From: an uncultured delta proteobacterium | Lineage (GTDB): Bacteria > Myxococcota > UBA727 > VGSZ01 | Length of the DNA stretch: 64,000 bases | Assembly: GCA_963775425.1 (NCBI GenBank) | Contig: CAVZJB010000005.1 | Span: 1-64,000 of the forward strand | Direction of reading: 5' to 3' | Shown: positions 1-9,158 of the stretch, one piece after another | How the letters are laid out: each line of letters begins with the position of its first letter | Position numbering within the stretch: the stretch's first letter is position 1 | Notes under the pieces: generated by a model | The model's input: the letters and a program-made list of their open reading frames with translations, nothing else | What the model was told of the DNA's origin: nothing | Database searches by the model: none | Program-made: the position numbers and the translations under genes

Positions 1-1156
1 CACGTTCCTCTACGCGCGGCACATCCTGCTTTCGCGCAATCGGGAAGTCTCGTTGCACGCGGCCATGGCTTCTGTGTTCCGCGACCCTCACCGGCGCTTC
101 GTTGTGGATCGAGAACGGACCTCTCTCGCGCTCGCGCGCCAAGTCGACGCCCGTACGATCGAGAGGCTCGCCGCCGGCGCCGAACGCATGGTGCGATCGA
201 GCAGCACTCACGCGTTGACGATGGCGCTGCGCGGGCACCTACCGGTCGAGGTCGACTCGCCGCGGGCGTTCCACACTGTCGACACCGCCGAGAATCGTTT
301 CGTCCTCGGTCTTCTGGATCAGCTCAACGCGGTGATCGAACGCGTGGAGCGGCTGGCGGTTGGCAAGAAGAGCGCGTTCTGGGGGCGCGTCGGATCCGAT
401 TGCGCTGAGATGCGCCGCGTCCTCCAGCCGATGCTGGACGATGGGCTCTGGGAAAGCGTTGGCCGCCTGGCCCATTTGCCGACGTCGTCGTCGGTCCTGC
501 AGCGCCGCCGCGGTTATCGCGACGCGCTTCGCCATCACCTGCTGCTCCGCGCCGCTGCGCGGCTCCCGCTCGATGACTCGGCGCTGTCGCGCCTGCTCGG
601 ACTGAAGGATGTGGCAGCTCTTTACGAGGTGTGGTGCTTCTTCGCGGTCGTGCAAGCGATCTCGCGCGTGCTCGGATGCGAACCCGATGTCGTCCAACGG
701 CCGCGCGTCGACGAGGTGCAGCTCGATCTTCCGTGGGGGCTCATGGTTTCGTGGCCGGTCCGCGTTCGCGCCTACTACAACCTGACGTTCAGCGACGCTC
801 ACGTGGATTGGCGGCAGTCGAGCTCGTTGCGCCTTCGCCCGGACGTCGTTGTTCACTGCGCGCGTGGTGGCCACGACGAGGTTCACGTCTTGGACGCGAA
901 GCTCCGACTCGATCGCGCGACGCGCGACGCCGAGGATCAGACGGCGAGCTTCAAATGGGACGACGTGGCGAAGATGCATGCGTACCGCGACGCGCTGCCG
1001 GCGGTGATGACCGCTGTCGTGCTTTATCCCGGCGAGCAGGCGGAGACGTTCCCGGTTGCCGGATCGAAGGTCGGCGCGGTCGGCGCTCTGCCGCTGGTTC
1101 CCGGCGGTGATGCCGGCGCTCTCGATGACCACCTCCGCCGTTGGGTCCTCGATTGA
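1..1156 (+). CDS. McrC-like DUF2357/PD-(D/E)XK nuclease, 5' part outside the window
   Basis: Frame is open from base 2. Motifs DTAENRFV, LYEVWCF, LRPDVVV..VLDAKLR (PD..D-x-K) and KMHAYRDAL are typical of the nuclease partners of McrB-like GTPases. Confidence 0.8.
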   Translation, partial: TFLYARHILLSRNREVSLHAAMASVFRDPHRRFVVDRERTSLALARQVDARTIERLAAGAERMVRSSSTHALTMALRGHLPVEVDSPRAFHTVDTAENRFVLGLLDQLNAVIERVERLAVGKKSAFWGRVGSDCAEMRRVLQPMLDDGLWESVGRLAHLPTSSSVLQRRRGYRDALRHHLLLRAAARLPLDDSALSRLLGLKDVAALYEVWCFFAVVQAISRVLGCEPDVVQRPRVDEVQLDLPWGLMVSWPVRVRAYYNLTFSDAHVDWRQSSSLRLRPDVVVHCARGGHDEVHVLDAKLRLDRATRDAEDQTASFKWDDVAKMHAYRDALPAVMTAVVLYPGEQAETFPVAGSKVGAVGALPLVPGGDAGALDDHLRRWVLD

Positions 1157-1406
1157 CGCCAGCGACCTCCCGCCGCACGTCGCGGCTGCGACACCGTAGG
1201 TGCGGCGAGCGGCGGCGGGGATGCTCTTGCGACCCCGTCGACGCGGGCCGGCCCGTTGCGCGTGAGGCGCAACACGCGGAGCGTGCCGGCGGGCTTGAGG
1301 CCCTCTTGGCCTCGGGCCCGGAGGTCGCTGGCGCCATCGCATTGTTGACACATGAAGCAATTGCAGGAGCTTAAGGGTCGTTTCCGTGGCACGATTACTC
1401 GAGGGG

Positions 1407-1426
1407 TGTTGTGCCATGTTGTGCCA
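1407..1426. repeat. Tandem 10-bp direct repeat TGTTGTGCCA x2, possible integrase arm-type site
   Basis: Exact duplication at 1407-1416 and 1417-1426; inverted partial copy GTGGCAC at 1386-1392. Confidence 0.55.
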
Positions 1427-1721
1427 CTAAATCAGAGCATTCTCGGGGCATAGGCTTCTCCGACAGCGGTATCAAGAGATCGTGAAATATCGCGTACTGC
1501 AGGGAACACATGAGCGTTGTTGGGTGCGGAAGTGAAGCTCTGCGGGCAGAGACGCCGTCGTCCTCGGGACGCATGCGTCCCGCAACCTGCGCGGCCGGCG
1601 TGCGTCGGCGCACGTACGAAACATCACGAAACGGCAACTGGTCTCATGCAAGGTAGCGCGCCGGACTCCTGGCGACGTGGCCCTCGCGGAGGCAACGATG
1701 GACGACGAGACGGAGTCACAG

Positions 1722-1976
1722 ATGACCGACACCATCCGCCCGGCGCGCATGGGCGCGGACCTCGCCCGCAGCCTTCGCGGCGGGCCAGGGCCGTTGAACA
1801 TCTACCTCACGGTGGACGAGGCCGCCGCGGTTCTCAGGACGACGAGAAAGGCGATCTATGCGCTCATCGAGCGAGGCCTGATCCCTGGCGTCCGTCGCGT
1901 CGGCCGTCGCATCCTCGTGCGGCAGAACGAGCTCATCGAGTGGATCGAGTCGAAGGCCGCGAAACGCCCGGCTTGA
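1722..1976 (+). CDS. Excisionase-like HTH (HTH_17/MerR-like) DNA-binding protein
   Basis: YLTVDEAAAVLRTTRKAIYALIERGLIPGVRRVGRRILV is a classic Xis-family pattern; start uncertain (1677, 1698 or 1722). Confidence 0.85.
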   Translation: MTDTIRPARMGADLARSLRGGPGPLNIYLTVDEAAAVLRTTRKAIYALIERGLIPGVRRVGRRILVRQNELIEWIESKAAKRPA

Positions 1977-2014
1977 ACTTTTCTCAAGATCGACCGGCAT
2001 GAACTTTATTCAAG
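1974..2014 (+). promoter_or_regulatory. Two palindromic operator-like boxes upstream of the TA operon
   Basis: TGAACTTTTCTCAAG (1974-1988) and TGAACTTTATTCAAG (2000-2014), AT-rich, with TGA(A)..(T)TCA symmetry. Confidence 0.55.
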
Positions 2015-2026
2015 TGTTAGGATCCG

Positions 2027-2305
2027 ATGACTAAACCGCGTGCCATCGACGTCATCCGAGCCCTTGCCGCTGCCGAAGCCGTGGTGTTCACCGAACACGC
2101 GGACGCGGAAGCGCGCAATGAGGGCTTCACGACGGACGACGTCGTCCACGCACTCGCTCACGCCACTTCCTGCGCGCCGGAGGCCGGCGATCTCGAGAAG
2201 TGGAAGGTCTACGGCCCGAGCTTCAGCGACGAGGAAATGGCTGTTGTTACGCTCATCGTCGAGGAGAAGCAGCTTCGCGTGATCACTGTTCACTTGCCGC
2301 CCTGA
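2027..2305 (+). CDS. DUF4258-family (RelE/BrnT-like) putative toxin
   Basis: 92 aa; FTEHA..E...GFT.DDV..AL and C-terminal VITV; directly upstream of an MqsA-like gene. Confidence 0.75.
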   Translation: MTKPRAIDVIRALAAAEAVVFTEHADAEARNEGFTTDDVVHALAHATSCAPEAGDLEKWKVYGPSFSDEEMAVVTLIVEEKQLRVITVHLPP

Positions 2306-2313
2306 GGTGCCCG

Positions 2314-2778
2314 ATGGTCGCCGCCAACCGATGCCACAACGACAACAGCGTCCTCGTCAAAGGGACGCACGCGTACCGTCAAACGGTGAGCGGCCGCGTG
2401 TTCACCGGAACGGCGCCAGCGCGCGTGTGCCCGACGTGTGGCGAGAAGTTCATCGCGGCGAAGGATCTCATCGCGCTCGATCGTGAGGTTGCTCGGCGTA
2501 TTGCGCGTGAGGGCCCGGTCGACGGAGAGTCGTTCCGGTTCATGCGGAAGGCTCTTCGGATGAAGGCCGCTGACCTCGCGACGTTGCTCGACGTGACGCC
2601 CGAGACCGTCTCCAAGTGGGAGAACGCCAAGAACCCGGTTCAGCGCGCGGCGTGGATGGTCGTCGCTGAGATGGTTCTCGACGAAGCGGGGAACGTCCAC
2701 GCGCCGATGAAGGCACGACTGGACGCGATTGCAAGAGGGCGGCGTCCGCGGAAGCGCGTCAAGCTAGACGCCGCATAG
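2314..2778 (+). CDS. MqsA-like antitoxin (YgiT-type Zn finger + XRE HTH)
   Basis: GAGGTG RBS then ATG at 2314; CPTCGEKF Zn-ribbon motif; FMRKALRMKAADLATLLDVTPETVSKWEN HTH. Confidence 0.85.
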   Translation: MVAANRCHNDNSVLVKGTHAYRQTVSGRVFTGTAPARVCPTCGEKFIAAKDLIALDREVARRIAREGPVDGESFRFMRKALRMKAADLATLLDVTPETVSKWENAKNPVQRAAWMVVAEMVLDEAGNVHAPMKARLDAIARGRRPRKRVKLDAA

Positions 2779-3145
2779 TGTCTGTGGCCTAAGCTCCATC
2801 GTATCCAGGGGGCGACGTTGGCAGCGAAGCGCGCGGCACCAGTTTAGTCGCTACGATGGATACATCCCCGTCTTCGACAAGAAGATCTCCGACGAAGAGA
2901 AGCGGGCGGCGCTCGACCGCGCTGGACGCGAAGCGCCCGCGGATGTCGGCGCCGCATACGAGGAGCTGCTGGAAGAGCAGGCACATGACCTCGGCGAAGA
3001 CGCTGCGGTAGAGTCCTGACGGGCCCTGGGCAACCTCTCGGCGTTCTGCGTCGAGGGCTTTCAGGTAAGGAGCGCGAGAGCGCGGACGACTCCAGCGGAG
3101 ACGTTTGGGGTTTTGGTGTTGAAACCCGGGCCGACTTTCTTGCTC

Positions 3146-3167
3146 TGTGGTGACTCTATGGTGACTC
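3146..3167. repeat. Tandem 11-bp direct repeat T(G/A)TGGTGACTC, possible integrase arm-type site
   Basis: TGTGGTGACTC/TATGGTGACTC about 50 bp from the tRNA 3' end. Confidence 0.55.
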
Positions 3168-3214
3168 CACGATCAGCGCCTCGCGACGACGATCGTGGAA
3201 CACCTTGATCTTGC

Positions 3215-3290
3215 TGGAGCCGACACCCGGACTTGAACCGGGGACCTGCTGATTACGAATCAGCTGCTCTACCAACTGAGCTATGTCGGC
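3215..3290 (-). tRNA. tRNA-Thr(CGT)
   Basis: 76-nt cloverleaf on the minus strand, GCCGACA...TGTCGGC-T-CCA; anticodon loop TT-CGT-AA; GGTTCAAGTCC T-arm. Confidence 0.97.
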
Positions 3291-3410
3291 GACGGCGTCA
3301 CCGTGGCGAAGGACGGGGAGGGTGTCAAGGCGGTGCTGGCGTCGACGCGCGTCACCACCGGAGCCCGCTCCACACCAGGCTCGAGGCGAGCACCCGGGCG
3401 CCGCGCCCGA

Positions 3411-4577
3411 TCACGCCGCGTGGGTGAGGGCGAGGGGGTGGAGGCCTCCGAGCGCGGCGGCGGCGTCGGCGGGGCGGACGGACCACGCGGCGACGGCGAG
3501 GCCGCCGAGGACGGCGCGGTAGTCGGTGGTGAAGCGGAGGTCGCCTTCGCCGTCGAGGTCGTCGAGCGACGGCTGCGTCCCGTGCAAGCCGCCGCGGACG
3601 CGGCCGCCGAGGACGAACAAGGGCGCGGCGGTGCCGTGGTCGGTGCCGCCGCTGCCGTTTTCCTTCGCGCGACGCCCGAACTCCGACGTCGTCGCCACCA
3701 GCGTGTCGTCCCAGACGCCGTCGGCGCGGGCGAGCTCCCGCAGCTCGGCGAGGCCGGCCGCGAGCTCGGCGAGCAGGCGGTCCTGGCGCGCGCGCTGCGA
3801 CACATGCGTGTCGAAGCTGCCGATGGTCAGCTTCACCACGGCGACGTCGAGCCGCGACAGCGCCCGGGCCGCCACCCGGCACTGCTGGCGGAACGCCTTG
3901 CCCTTCTGCGCCCCCGCCGGCAGCTCTCCGTGCACCGCGGCCTCGATGTCCTTGTGCGCCGCGCGCACCTCCTCGTGCACGCGCGCCAGGTGCGCGAGCG
4001 CCGCGTTCACCGCCGGCCGCGCGGTGCGCCGCGAGGTCTTGTCGTCGTCGGCGGCGAGGGCGTCGAAGCCGGGGCCGTCGAGCGGGCCGGGGTCGCCGCC
4101 CACGACGAGGCCGCGCGCGGGGGCGCCGGTCCTTGCGGCGGCGGCGCCGGCGACGCGGGCGACCCAGCCGTCGGTGCGCGCTTCGCCTGAGCCGCTCCCC
4201 GTGTGCCAGATGTCCTGCGAGCGGAAGTGCGAGCGCACCGGGTGCGGGTAGCCCACGCCGAGCACCACGCCGAGCTCGCCCGCCTCGAGCGCCGCCGCCA
4301 AAGGCGCGAGCGCCGGCGCCAGCGCCAGCCCGCGGCCCAGGCCGACGGCGTCCTTCTCGTCGAGCGCGAGGCTCGGGCGCAGCGCGCGGTAGCGCTTGTC
4401 GGCGAAGGGCACCACGGTGTTGAGCCCGTCGTTTCCGCCCTGCATCTCGACGAGGACGAGCCTGCGCCTCCAGCGGCCCGCCCGCGCGCTCGACGTCGAC
4501 GACCCGAGCGCGGACGTGGCGGCGCCGGCGAGGGGCGAGAGCGCGAGGAGCTTCAAAAGGGTGCGGCGATCGAGCAT
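3411..4577 (-). CDS. DUF1501 family protein with Tat signal
   Basis: AGGAGG RBS; MLDRRTLL Tat motif; GGNDGLNTVVP, SHFRS, FDTH, SEFGR, GTDHG motifs. Confidence 0.9.
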   Translation of the reverse strand: MLDRRTLLKLLALSPLAGAATSALGSSTSSARAGRWRRRLVLVEMQGGNDGLNTVVPFADKRYRALRPSLALDEKDAVGLGRGLALAPALAPLAAALEAGELGVVLGVGYPHPVRSHFRSQDIWHTGSGSGEARTDGWVARVAGAAAARTGAPARGLVVGGDPGPLDGPGFDALAADDDKTSRRTARPAVNAALAHLARVHEEVRAAHKDIEAAVHGELPAGAQKGKAFRQQCRVAARALSRLDVAVVKLTIGSFDTHVSQRARQDRLLAELAAGLAELRELARADGVWDDTLVATTSEFGRRAKENGSGGTDHGTAAPLFVLGGRVRGGLHGTQPSLDDLDGEGDLRFTTDYRAVLGGLAVAAWSVRPADAAAALGGLHPLALTHAA

Positions 4578-4615
4578 GGCGGGCCTCCTGGGGCCGCGGC
4601 GGGCGAGCCGCGGGA

Positions 4616-5905
4616 TCACTTGAGCTGGAACGCGGGGTCACGGGCGATGCCCTCGAGGGTGCCGTCGCCGTCGACGGGTGGGAGGGGGAGCAAGAGGGTG
4701 GCGAGCGGGACCCGGGGGTCGTCGTCCTTCAGGCGCGTGGCGGCGACCGCGTCGCGGGCGAGGCGCTCGCGGGCCGGGAGCGTCATCGTCGTCACCCAGC
4801 GCTCGCCGCCGCGCCAGCCCTTGACGTTCGGCGGATCGAAGAGGTCCTGGCCGAGCGCCCGCGCGGTGCGCGCCACCCACAGCGGCTCGGGTTGGCCGTC
4901 GTCGTCGTCGAGGAGCTCGAGCGAGCGCGCCGCGCCCACCACCAGCTCGAGCGGCGACTTCACGAGCGCCCCGCGGTTGTCCGGCGCCCAGAAGGCGTCG
5001 CTCAAAAGCAGCGCCCGCAACAGCGGCTTGATCTCCCAGCTCTTGCGGAAGTCCGCGGCGAGGCGCTTCACCTCCCGCGCGTCGGGCGTCGGCGAGACGA
5101 ATTCGCGCCAGAGCTTGTCGACGATGAAGTCGGCCGTACGCGGCTGCGCCAGGATGATGTCGACGACGTCGGACTCGTCGAGGTCGCCGGTGACACCGAG
5201 GAAGGTCTTTTGCCCGTGGTCATGGCGGCGCCAGGGGTGGAGGAGGATGCCGCTGCGGGGGGCGATGGTGGTCCCCGAGAGCGCGCGCGCGCCCTCCTGC
5301 ACGTCGCGCTCGGTGTAGTGACCCTCGCCGAGGGTGAACAGCTCGAGCAGCTCGCGCGCGAAGTTCTCGTTGGGCGCCGCCGCCTTGTTCCGGGCGCCGT
5401 CGAGGTAGACGAGCATCGCGCGGTCGTCGACGACGTCGCGCAGGAGCGTGGCGAAGTTGCCGGCCCCCTCGCGCCGAAGCATCGCGTTTTGCTCGAACAG
5501 CAGCGACGGCGCCTTCACCTTCTGCACGCTCGACGTGAAGTGGTTGCTCCAAAACAGCGTCAGCCGCTCGGTGAACGGCGACGGCGTCGCGAGCATCTCC
5601 TGCGCCCACCACGTCTTCAGCGCGATGGCCTCGGCCACGCGCTCCTCGCGCAGCGCGTCCCTCGCCTCGCGCGAGTCCGGCTTCGTTCGCGGAAAGAGCG
5701 GCGCGAACGGAGGCGGCGGCGTCGACGCGGTCGTGCGCAAGGAGCCGAGGACGGCGTCGACCGCCTGCTCGCGCGACAGCGGCGCGAGCGCTTCGACCTC
5801 GGCGCGGGTGGGGCCGAATTCGGTTCGGGCGAGGAGGTGGCGGGCGTCGGCGGGGTCGAGGGAGGGCAGGGCGAGCACGAGGGCGAGTGCGGCGGCGGTT
5901 CCCAT
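4616..5905 (-). CDS. DUF1800 family protein
   Basis: ERLTLFWSNHF, PNENFARELLELFTLG, PPNVKGW; usual partner of DUF1501. Confidence 0.9.
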   Translation of the reverse strand: MGTAAALALVLALPSLDPADARHLLARTEFGPTRAEVEALAPLSREQAVDAVLGSLRTTASTPPPPFAPLFPRTKPDSREARDALREERVAEAIALKTWWAQEMLATPSPFTERLTLFWSNHFTSSVQKVKAPSLLFEQNAMLRREGAGNFATLLRDVVDDRAMLVYLDGARNKAAAPNENFARELLELFTLGEGHYTERDVQEGARALSGTTIAPRSGILLHPWRRHDHGQKTFLGVTGDLDESDVVDIILAQPRTADFIVDKLWREFVSPTPDAREVKRLAADFRKSWEIKPLLRALLLSDAFWAPDNRGALVKSPLELVVGAARSLELLDDDDGQPEPLWVARTARALGQDLFDPPNVKGWRGGERWVTTMTLPARERLARDAVAATRLKDDDPRVPLATLLLPLPPVDGDGTLEGIARDPAFQLK

Positions 5906-5959
5906 GGGGAGTCGACACGCCGGCGGCGCGGATCGCAAAGCCGGGCTCGCTCATCGCGC

Positions 5960-5992
5960 GATCAGCGACCCCAGGGAGCGGCCGCGCTGATC
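5960..5992. repeat. REP-like hairpin element, copy 1
   Basis: GATCAGCG-accccagggagcggccg-CGCTGATC; 29/33 identical to 42713-42745. Confidence 0.65.
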
Positions 5993-6022
5993 GCCCGCTG
6001 CGGCGGGCAAGGCGAACGGCGC

Positions 6023-6985
6023 TCAGCGACGCGCGAAGAGATCCGTCGCGGCGACGAGGGCGCGGCTGGTGTTGGGCTCGAACGCGGAGTGGCCGGCGTC
6101 GGCGATGACGCGGAAGTCGGCTTCGGGCCACGCCTGGTGCAAGCGCCAGGCGCTCTCGAGGGGACAGACGAGGTCGTAGCGGCCCTGCACGATGACGCCC
6201 GGGATGTGACGGATGCGCGTGACGTCCTCGAGGAGCTGCTCGTCCCGCTCGAGGAAGCAGCGGTTCTTGAAGTAGTGCGTCTCGGTGAGCGCGCTGTTGA
6301 GCGCGCCCTTCTCCTCGAGCGCTTCGACGAGGTCCTCCGGCGTACACACGAGGCTGCTCAACAGCGTCTCCCAGACGTTCCACGCGCGGGCGGCGACGAG
6401 GCGCGCGGCGGCGTCGGGGGAGGCGAGGAGCTTTTCGTACGCGAGGAGCAGGTCGCCGCGCTCGGCCTCGGGAACCGGAGCGATGAAGTCGCGCCAGCCC
6501 TCGGGGAACATCGTGCCGAGGCCGCCGGACCGGTAGACCCACTCGGTTTCGCGCTTGGTCCCGAGGAAGATGCCCCGCAGCACGATCTCGGTGACGCGCT
6601 CGGGGTGCGCCTGCGCGTAGGCGAGCGCGAGCGTGCTGCCCCAGGAGCCGCCGAACACCTGCCACTTGTCGATGCCGGCGTGCTCGCGGAGCTTCTCGAT
6701 GTCGGCGACCAGGTGCCACGTGGTGTTGTCCACCAGCGACGGCGACGGCGTGCTCCTGCCGCAGCCGCGCTGATCGAAGAGGACCACGTGGTAGCGATCC
6801 GGGTCGAACCAGCGACGGTGACCCGGGCTCGCCTGGGCGCCCGGCCCGCCGTGCAGGAACACCACGGGCTTCCCCTGCGGGCTGCCACAGTGCTCGACGT
6901 AGAGCTCGTGCACGTCGGAGACGCGCAGGCGCTCGGTCTTGTAGGGCTCGATCTCGGGATACAGCCAGGTGAGGGCGTCGCGCAT
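6023..6985 (-). CDS. pip: Proline iminopeptidase (S33)
   Basis: LHGGPG, FDQRGCGRS, GGSWG nucleophile elbow, GRYDLVC, AGH. Confidence 0.95.
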   Translation of the reverse strand: MRDALTWLYPEIEPYKTERLRVSDVHELYVEHCGSPQGKPVVFLHGGPGAQASPGHRRWFDPDRYHVVLFDQRGCGRSTPSPSLVDNTTWHLVADIEKLREHAGIDKWQVFGGSWGSTLALAYAQAHPERVTEIVLRGIFLGTKRETEWVYRSGGLGTMFPEGWRDFIAPVPEAERGDLLLAYEKLLASPDAAARLVAARAWNVWETLLSSLVCTPEDLVEALEEKGALNSALTETHYFKNRCFLERDEQLLEDVTRIRHIPGVIVQGRYDLVCPLESAWRLHQAWPEADFRVIADAGHSAFEPNTSRALVAATDLFARR

Positions 6986-7101
6986 GGCCCCTCGCCTAAC
7001 GCGGCCGCTGCGCGCGCGCCACAGGGGGCGCCTCCGACGAGCGTCCCCCGACGAGCGTCCCCGACTGCGCGCGCCACGACGAGCGCGGGTAGCATGTGCC
7101 C

Positions 7102-8814
7102 ATGGCCCGACCCGCGGCGACGGACGATCTCGACAGCGAGCGCACCGCGCGGCTGTGGACCCCCGAACGCGTGCCGCTCACGGTGCCCCTCGCCGGCCTC
7201 GGTGAACGCGCCCTCGCCTACCTCATCGACCTCTCGCTCCTCGTCGCCGTCGGCATGGCCGGCTTGCTCGTCTACAACGTGTGGGGCGATCTCTCGCGCG
7301 ACCTCGGCGCGCTCTCCGGCGTCGGCACGCTGCTCCTCGGCCTCGCCGTCTTCGGCTTCGCCGTCAGCCTCGACGTCATCTGCGAGGTCGCCTTCGCCGG
7401 CCGCACCCTCGGCAAGCGCCTGCTGCGCCTGCGCGTGCTCCGCGCCGACGGCCGCCCGCCCGACCTGTTCGTCGCCGTGCTCCGAAACGTGCTGCGCATC
7501 CTCGACATCCTCCCCTTCGGCTACGCCGTCGGCACCGTCGCCCTGTTCCTCACGGGTACGCGCCGCCTCGGCGACCTCGTCGCCGACACCTTCGTCGTCA
7601 CCGAGCGCTCGCAGCGAAGCGACCCCCTCGCCGCCTGCCGCGCCGCCGCCGGCGACGTCGTCGTCGCGCGCCCGCTGTGGTCCGACGCCGACGCCTTGCG
7701 CGCGCTCGGCATGGTCGAGCGCACCGAGAAGCTCGAGGCCAAGACCGCGCGCGCCCTCTGCCTCCGCACGCTGAAGCGCGTCGACCCCGCGAGCGCCGCC
7801 GAGACCACCGACCCGCGCGCCGCCCTCGGCGCCGCGTGCGTCGCGCTCGCCGCCGCCGCCGACGGCGTCGTGGGCGACATCGGGCGCCTCGTCGACGTCG
7901 AGCGCGAGCTGCGCGACGCCCTCGGGCGCTTGCGCGCGGGCTGCAGCGTCGACGACGTCGAGCGCGCCGACGCCGCCATCCGCCGCGCGTCCACGGAGCT
8001 CATGCGCGCCGAGCGGCGGAAGGTGCCGGCCCGCCACCTCGAGTCGCTCTCGCTTGCGCTCCTCGAGGCGGAGCGCAAGCGCACGGTGAAGCCGCCCCTC
8101 GGGCGCGCGCTGCGGCGCTACCTGCTGCACGAGGTGCCGCGCACGGTGTGGAGCGAGCGCGCGCTCATCGCGCGCGCGGGCGCGGTGCTCGCCATCGGCC
8201 TCTTCGTCGGCGGCGCCGTCGCCTACGCCAACGCGGACCTCGCGCGCGTCCTCGTCGGCGACAACGTCGCGCGCCACGTCGAAGACGGCGCCGCGTGGAC
8301 GGACGCCATCGAGCAGAACGGCTCGTTCGCGCAGGCGAGCGTGCAGATCATCTTCAACAACGTCTTCGTGGGCTTGCGCGTGTTCGCGTTCGGGCTCCTC
8401 GGCGGCGTGGCCACCATCCTCGGCTTGCTGTCGAACGGCGTGCAGATCGGCGCCACCTTCGGCTACGCGCTGCGCCTGCACACGGCGGAGACGCTCCTGC
8501 GCTTCGTGTGCGCGCACGGCCCCGTCGAGCTCACCATGGTGTCGGTCGCGGGCGCCGCCGGCATGTGCCTCGGCCGCGCGCTCTTGTCGCCCGGGCACCG
8601 CACGCGCACGCGGGCGCTGCGCGAGGAGGGCGCGCGCGGGGTGCGCCTGTTGGTGGCGGCGTCGATGGGCTTTTTGTGCATCGGCACCGTCGAGGGCTTC
8701 GTGTCACCAGGGCGCATGTTCCCGACGCCGGTGAACCTCGGGATCGGCCTGACGCTGCTGGCGCTGTTTTGGACCTGGGTGCGCGTGTACGGCGCGCGCC
8801 CGGCGGAGCCGTAG
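7102..8814 (+). CDS. RDD-domain / SpoIIM (DUF95) fusion membrane protein
   Basis: N-terminal RDD (LAGLGERALAYLID, GRTLGKR, RRLGDLVADT); C-terminal SpoIIM (IIFNNV, NG.QIG, HGPVEL, VEGFVSP). Confidence 0.85.
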   Translation: MARPAATDDLDSERTARLWTPERVPLTVPLAGLGERALAYLIDLSLLVAVGMAGLLVYNVWGDLSRDLGALSGVGTLLLGLAVFGFAVSLDVICEVAFAGRTLGKRLLRLRVLRADGRPPDLFVAVLRNVLRILDILPFGYAVGTVALFLTGTRRLGDLVADTFVVTERSQRSDPLAACRAAAGDVVVARPLWSDADALRALGMVERTEKLEAKTARALCLRTLKRVDPASAAETTDPRAALGAACVALAAAADGVVGDIGRLVDVERELRDALGRLRAGCSVDDVERADAAIRRASTELMRAERRKVPARHLESLSLALLEAERKRTVKPPLGRALRRYLLHEVPRTVWSERALIARAGAVLAIGLFVGGAVAYANADLARVLVGDNVARHVEDGAAWTDAIEQNGSFAQASVQIIFNNVFVGLRVFAFGLLGGVATILGLLSNGVQIGATFGYALRLHTAETLLRFVCAHGPVELTMVSVAGAAGMCLGRALLSPGHRTRTRALREEGARGVRLLVAASMGFLCIGTVEGFVSPGRMFPTPVNLGIGLTLLALFWTWVRVYGARPAEP

Positions 8815-8819
8815 CGACG

Positions 8820-9158
8820 TCAGCCGGGGGGCCACGACATGGGGCGGCCGCCGAGGACGTGCAGGTGCATGTGGAACACGCTCTGGCCGACGTCGGCGCC
8901 GTTGTTCATCACCACGCGGTAGGCCGCGAGGCCCTTGAGCTTGGCCACCTTGGCGGCGGTGGCCATGATGTGGCCGACCAGCTTCTCGTGGGCGTCGGTG
9001 ACGTCGTCGAGGTTGGCCAGGCCCTCCTCTTTGGGGACGATGAGCACGTGCACCGGCGCCTGCGGCGAGACGTCGTCGAAGGCGAGCACGAGGTCGTCCT
9101 CGTACACTTTGCTCGCAGGGATCTCGCCGCGGATGATCTTGCCGAAGACCGTGGTCAT
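8820..9158 (-). CDS. hinT: Histidine triad nucleotide-binding protein
   Basis: FGKIIRGEIP, PQAPVHVLIVP, GQSVFHMHLHVLGGR. Confidence 0.95.
   Translation of the reverse strand: MTTVFGKIIRGEIPASKVYEDDLVLAFDDVSPQAPVHVLIVPKEEGLANLDDVTDAHEKLVGHIMATAAKVAKLKGLAAYRVVMNNGADVGQSVFHMHLHVLGGRPMSWPPG

Larger units (their letters stand above)
1..3214. mobile_element. Right end of a putative integrative island at the tRNA-Thr 3' end
   Basis: Defence nuclease, excisionase-like gene and TA pair; visibly more A/T at third codon positions than the flanking genes; ends at the tRNA CCA end; tandem arm-type repeats. No integrase in the window. Confidence 0.65.

Noticed and set aside
1170-1400. Possible integrase 3' remnant (GAIALL...)
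   Set aside because: No catalytic H-x-x-R or Tyr motif is visible; the similarity is too weak to call
1386-1402. TGGCACG as a sigma54 -24 box
   Set aside because: No TTGC -12 element at the required spacing
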